From NCBI RefSeq assembly GCF_003334255.1, contig NZ_QOWU01000090.1: a stretch of DNA of 9,233 bases; one strand, written 5' to 3'. The position numbers and the translations under genes were made by a program. Under the pieces are notes generated by a model. That model saw only the letters and a program-made list of their open reading frames with translations, had not been told where the DNA came from and ran no database searches. This document shows positions 5,724 to 9,233 of this stretch, piece by piece (position 1 is the first letter of the stretch; each line of letters begins with the position of its first letter). The DNA comes from Escherichia coli (GTDB lineage: Bacteria; Pseudomonadota; Gammaproteobacteria; Enterobacterales; Enterobacteriaceae).

Positions 5724-5756
5724 AGCCCTTCACAGATTATGTTTAGGGCTTTTCTT
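5724..5756 (+). terminator. Second, related terminator-like hairpin
   Basis: AGCCCT (5724-5729) / AGGGCT (5745-5750), extendable to 8 bp, with a 15-nt loop and TTTCTT tail. Sequence is related to the first terminator (…gccct…tagggc.ttttctt.a..agag). Confidence 0.4.
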
Positions 5757-5853
5757 AATAGAGCATCTTTAATAAATCGTTAAGTCATCTTCTAAGTGTA
5801 TTGGCGTTGAAGGTGCTCTATTAAGAAATAACCACACTTAGAGGAAAAAAATA

Positions 5854-6564
5854 ATGACAAACGATATTTACATTAATGGCAAAGTGATTGATAGCTTCGG
5901 TGACTGGTCACCACAGACTGAACATCCAGCTATCGCTATTCAGCGCAAAGAGCACGATGCGAGAATTGCACTTGAGCAATCGCTAAAGATGACACCAAAG
6001 GAAATTACCTTTGTGGCTCCTGAACCTCAAGAGATGCCCGATATTGGCAAAACTGAAGCATTATTTAATCTTGAGCGCGAATATTACCCACAGTTAAAAG
6101 AACAGCGCCTTAGATTAGATGACGCTTACAGCAAAGTTACCTTGATGCAATCAGCTATTGAGCCGTCAGAATTTGAGATTCAGGATGAATTGTCACAGAA
6201 ACCATTTGTCTATTACCAATACGAAGACAATGATGGTTTTGGTACTTTTCCAGAAAACATCACAGGCGTGATTAGTAGTCTTCCTGATGGATATCGAATT
6301 GTGAAGATGGTTAAAGCTTCAAGAGGTGCTGGTCAGTTTATTTACATGACCAATAAGAGCGATGAAGAACTCCGTGAAATTGCCAGACAGAACATCTTGG
6401 CATCACGTAACAAGCAACTTGAAAATGTTAAGTTGTATCTCTCAAGAGAGCTTCAGGCTATGAAAGAGCTTGTTAGTGAATATGAGTCGCAGAAGAAGAT
6501 TGCTATGCAAGCCGATATTGAGCAGCTTACGAAGATTTCTCAGAAGTATAGCAAAGCGATTTAA
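5854..6564 (+). CDS. Hypothetical 236-aa protein with a coiled-coil-like C-terminus
   Basis: SD GAGGAA at 5839-5844 with good spacing to the ATG at 5854. C-terminal third is rich in heptad-like E/K/Q/L. No recognisable catalytic motif. Confidence 0.7.
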   Translation: MTNDIYINGKVIDSFGDWSPQTEHPAIAIQRKEHDARIALEQSLKMTPKEITFVAPEPQEMPDIGKTEALFNLEREYYPQLKEQRLRLDDAYSKVTLMQSAIEPSEFEIQDELSQKPFVYYQYEDNDGFGTFPENITGVISSLPDGYRIVKMVKASRGAGQFIYMTNKSDEELREIARQNILASRNKQLENVKLYLSRELQAMKELVSEYESQKKIAMQADIEQLTKISQKYSKAI

Positions 6565-6580
6565 TTTAAGTGAGGTGAGA

Positions 6581-6796
6581 ATGATTGATTTGCAACAGCG
6601 TTATGAAACTATTAAGTCGGCTTGTGAAAACTTAAAGTTACAAACCAAGCCAGCCTTAAGAATTAAAACCAAACATCAAATTATCACCTCACACAAACCA
6701 AAAACACGCAAGATTCCAAAGTGGTGTATTGACCGTATTCCTTCTGATGCTCAAATCATAGGTGAAACGGAATTACATTATCTTGTCCGACATTAA
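6581..6796 (+). CDS. Hypothetical small basic protein (71 aa)
   Basis: SD GAGGTGAG at 6572-6579, ATG at 6581. The same frame stays open upstream and overlaps the last ~95 nt of the 236-aa gene in the +1 frame (ORF track 6470-6796). Confidence 0.45.
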   Translation: MIDLQQRYETIKSACENLKLQTKPALRIKTKHQIITSHKPKTRKIPKWCIDRIPSDAQIIGETELHYLVRH

Positions 6797-6823
6797 AAAA
6801 GAATTGGTTGGGTAAAAATCAAC

Positions 6824-6866
6824 GGGAGAGATTATCGAGTGATATCGGTAGTTTCTCCCTTTTTTG
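6824..6866 (+). terminator. Intrinsic terminator
   Basis: GGGAGA (6824-6829) / TCTCCC (6854-6859) stem enclosing a structured loop, followed by a 6-T run (6860-6865). Confidence 0.65.
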
Positions 6867-6873
6867 TATGTGT

Positions 6874-6915
6874 GCTACGTGAAATCTTCTGAACAGATAT
6901 ACCCACCAAAAATTA
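6874..6915 (+). repeat. 42-bp intergenic direct repeat, copy 1 (upstream of the 688-aa gene)
   Basis: gctacgtgaaatcttctgaacagatatacccaccaaaaatta; 35/42 identical (ungapped) to 9113-9154, with the first 26 nt matching 24/26. Confidence 0.6.
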
Positions 6916-6956
6916 TTTTTTACGTAGCTCACGCTTAAAGAGGTGAAAAAATATGA

Positions 6957-9023
6957 ATGGCACAATTTAAAGTTGATGATTTTCTGATTGAGCTAGGTTT
7001 TAACTCTCAGAGGGTTTTAAAAGGTCTGGAAAAAGCCGAGAAACAAACGATGCAGGTAGCATCACGAATTGAGAAGCGATTGAATAAAGCTTTTAAAGTT
7101 AACCCTACGCCTTTAAATGATTCTCTCAAGGTCATGGAAAGAAATGTCGATAAAACTGTTTCCAAGATTGAGCAGCGTCTTAAAAACACTAAAGCGTTTA
7201 AGATTAAAACGGAAATTGAGGATACTTTAAAGCCACTTAGACAACCGAGACAGCCACGAATTAGCGGAAGCAGAGCAATTACAGCAGCGCATAGCGTGAA
7301 TATGAGCAAGCTTCGTGACTTTAATCCTATGCTTGAGAAGTATTTTAAAAGCCAGTATTACAGCTTAAGCAGTAAATCCAAGACACTTGGAAACGAAGCT
7401 TTTAATCGTGAGTTAGCAAAATTAAATCAATCTCTTCGTGAAACACTTTCTAAGTTTAACAAGACCACCAGCAAAAATAATCACAGTGAAAATGCTTCGA
7501 ATGGTCTGGATGTATTAGCTACGAGTGCAATCAAAGCAGGTACAGCCATTTATAGTTTTCAGACAGCCTTAGAAGCTTACAGGCGGATTATGGAGGTTGG
7601 TCTGAAAAAAGAAGCATCACAACGAGCGGCACAATTCGTTTTAGGTGATGAAGGTGCTAAACGAGCTACAGAATTTGTTAAGAATCTTGCTGATAGTAGT
7701 GGTGTAGACCAGATTGAAACATTAAGCAGTTTTGCTAAGTTTTCCGCTGGTGCTGGTGATATGAATGCAGACCAGAAAGAATCCTTATTTTCTAATGTGA
7801 TTGGTACATCCAGATTAATGGGGCTAAGCACCGATGAAATTAACGGGATTTTAAAAGCTTTCGAGCAGATGGCATCTAAAGGAAAGATTCAGGCTGAAGA
7901 GCTACGCGGTCAATTAGGTGACAGAATGGCAGGTGCTTTTCAGTTATTTGCCAGAAGTCTTGGGATGACTACGGAAGAATTAGACAAGGCTATGAAAGAC
8001 GGTAAGGTTCTTTCTAAAGATGTTCTCCCTAAAGTATCCGCTGAAATGGGAAAGATGATTGATAAAGCGGGAGGATGGGAAAAGATTATTAACTCTACTC
8101 AGACGCAGTTAGGCCGCTTAAGTAATTCATGGAATAATAATTTGGCCTTAATGTTCGATGGTTCACAGGAAGGTTTAACAGACTTTACAAGGTCACTGAC
8201 TAATTTACTTAATTCACTGGGTGGTCAATCTAAAAATCTTGGTGAACATTTTGGCGACTTGATGAAAAGCATGTCAAACGGTATTGATGATTTAACCACG
8301 ATTAGCTACCGAGTGCAGGGATTCTTTGACAGAGTGACCCTTGCTTACAGAGAATTAAATGACACTCAAAAAGCTGTAGCTGATGGTATCGCAAATGGCC
8401 TGTTAAGTGCATTAAAGGGACTTGCTGGTATTGTCGCTGTAAGGTCTGGTATTGGTGCTGTAGGTGGTATCTGGAACTTAATTAGGGCTATTTCCACGCT
8501 TGGGAATGTAGCAAATACAGCAGCAGGAAGAATTAATTCACGTTCTGGTGGTGTTGAAAGTGGAAAAAGTAGGCTATCTGTAGCTGATGCAATTACCAGA
8601 GTAATGATTGTCGGTATGACAACTGATGTGATTAATGCCATTGTCAAACCGTTCTATGAACGTCAGATGAGTAAGTCAGATAATCCGATTGATAAAGTTG
8701 TAAGGTCAAAGGTGGAACCCACAGACCAGGCATTAACTGGTGACATGAACTCTTTAGCCGCTGTTTTATGGGCTATGGTTCATGGCAAATCAAAAGATGT
8801 TCCACAGTTTTCACCTGAAGCATTAAATAATCTAAAAGGTCGAGTGGAAACATTCACACAAGATTTAAAGGTTATCAAGCCGTCAGTAAATATTCAGCCT
8901 CAGACAATCAATATCACAACTCAGACGGTACTTGATGGAAAGGTTATTGATGAAAGAACCACATCGCATATTAATCGTATGCAGGAAGATACCTTGATTA
9001 GCTCAGCTTACCCAGAGGAATAA
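6957..9023 (+). CDS. Tail tape-measure-like protein (688 aa)
   Basis: SD AGAGGTG at 6938-6944. Coiled-coil-like N-terminal region. Central segment …MASKGKIQAEELRGQLGDRMAGAFQLFARSLGMTTEELDKAMKDGKVLSKDVLPKVSAEM… (DNA about 7800-8050) matches the conserved pattern of the tape-measure N-terminal domain as I recall it. Followed by a Gly/Ala-rich hydrophobic stretch (GLLSALKGLAGIVAVRSGIGAVGGIWNLI). The coding call is strong; the product call is from motif memory, not a search. Confidence 0.75.
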   Translation: MAQFKVDDFLIELGFNSQRVLKGLEKAEKQTMQVASRIEKRLNKAFKVNPTPLNDSLKVMERNVDKTVSKIEQRLKNTKAFKIKTEIEDTLKPLRQPRQPRISGSRAITAAHSVNMSKLRDFNPMLEKYFKSQYYSLSSKSKTLGNEAFNRELAKLNQSLRETLSKFNKTTSKNNHSENASNGLDVLATSAIKAGTAIYSFQTALEAYRRIMEVGLKKEASQRAAQFVLGDEGAKRATEFVKNLADSSGVDQIETLSSFAKFSAGAGDMNADQKESLFSNVIGTSRLMGLSTDEINGILKAFEQMASKGKIQAEELRGQLGDRMAGAFQLFARSLGMTTEELDKAMKDGKVLSKDVLPKVSAEMGKMIDKAGGWEKIINSTQTQLGRLSNSWNNNLALMFDGSQEGLTDFTRSLTNLLNSLGGQSKNLGEHFGDLMKSMSNGIDDLTTISYRVQGFFDRVTLAYRELNDTQKAVADGIANGLLSALKGLAGIVAVRSGIGAVGGIWNLIRAISTLGNVANTAAGRINSRSGGVESGKSRLSVADAITRVMIVGMTTDVINAIVKPFYERQMSKSDNPIDKVVRSKVEPTDQALTGDMNSLAAVLWAMVHGKSKDVPQFSPEALNNLKGRVETFTQDLKVIKPSVNIQPQTINITTQTVLDGKVIDERTTSHINRMQEDTLISSAYPEE

Positions 9024-9112
9024 ACAATGTTAGAGCTACTAATATTTATTGCCACACATGGCAATCTATTAATCTTTATCTAGTATGACGATTCAACTAT
9101 GAATAGTCGAAT

Positions 9113-9154
9113 GCTACGTGATTTCTTCTGAACAGATACCAACATCAAAAATTA
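9113..9154 (+). repeat. 42-bp intergenic direct repeat, copy 2 (downstream of the 688-aa gene)
   Basis: gctacgtgatttcttctgaacagataccaacatcaaaaatta; see copy 1 at 6874-6915. Confidence 0.6.
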
Positions 9155-9233
9155 GATGAACCGCCCCGGGTTTCCTGGAGAGTGTTTTATCTGTGAACTC
9201 AGGCTGCCAGATCATTGTTTCCGATGGAAGCAT

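Noticed and set aside
146-6850. Short recurring motifs TATCGGTA (146-153, 1148-1155, 6843-6850) and GGCTAATCGGT (1095-1105, 2500-2510)
   Set aside because: In 9.2 kb of AT-rich DNA several exact 8-11-mer recurrences are expected by chance, so they are not reported as features. They would be worth revisiting if the same motifs recur upstream of genes elsewhere in the element.
7007-8647. Antisense ORFs 7007-7309, 7577-7831 and 8366-8647 within the 688-aa gene
   Set aside because: All are embedded antisense to a long ORF with a recognisable domain; the 8366-8647 translation is simply the mirror of the Gly/Ala-rich region.
9117-9233. Possible minus-strand ORF entering from the right edge (ATG at 9231-9233, about 39 codons, stop inside the 9113 repeat)
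   Set aside because: Too short, no SD visible, and truncated context; cannot be supported from this window.

Overview
AT-rich, gene-dense segment that reads like part of a phage, prophage or phage-plasmid; the host cannot be determined from sequence alone. All calls come from reading the sequence and ORF track by eye; no database search, alignment or folding was run. Left to right: a small serine recombinase (minus strand); a ~470-bp divergent control region with several dyad elements; a phage-type N6-adenine DNA methyltransferase (NPPY motif) with an extra C-terminal resolvase-type HTH; a lambda-O-like replication initiator whose coding sequence contains four iterons followed by an AT-rich tract; a small HNH-like ORF; a convergent small hydrophobic ORF with its own promoter-like and SD signals; a cassette of small unknown genes (tandem RHH-like protein, 141-aa, 107-aa, and a coupled 25-aa hydrophobic peptide); a near-consensus sigma70 promoter followed by a ~200-nt leader and two related intrinsic terminators; two unknown ORFs; a strong terminator; and a 688-aa protein with a tape-measure-like domain, bracketed by ~42-bp direct repeats. 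No rRNA, tRNA or CRISPR array was seen. The most noteworthy observations are the origin embedded in the rep gene, the methyltransferase-HTH fusion, the promoter/leader/tandem-terminator unit, the intergenic repeat family, and the uncharacterised small-gene cassette; no known defence or other system is recognisable in that cassette.
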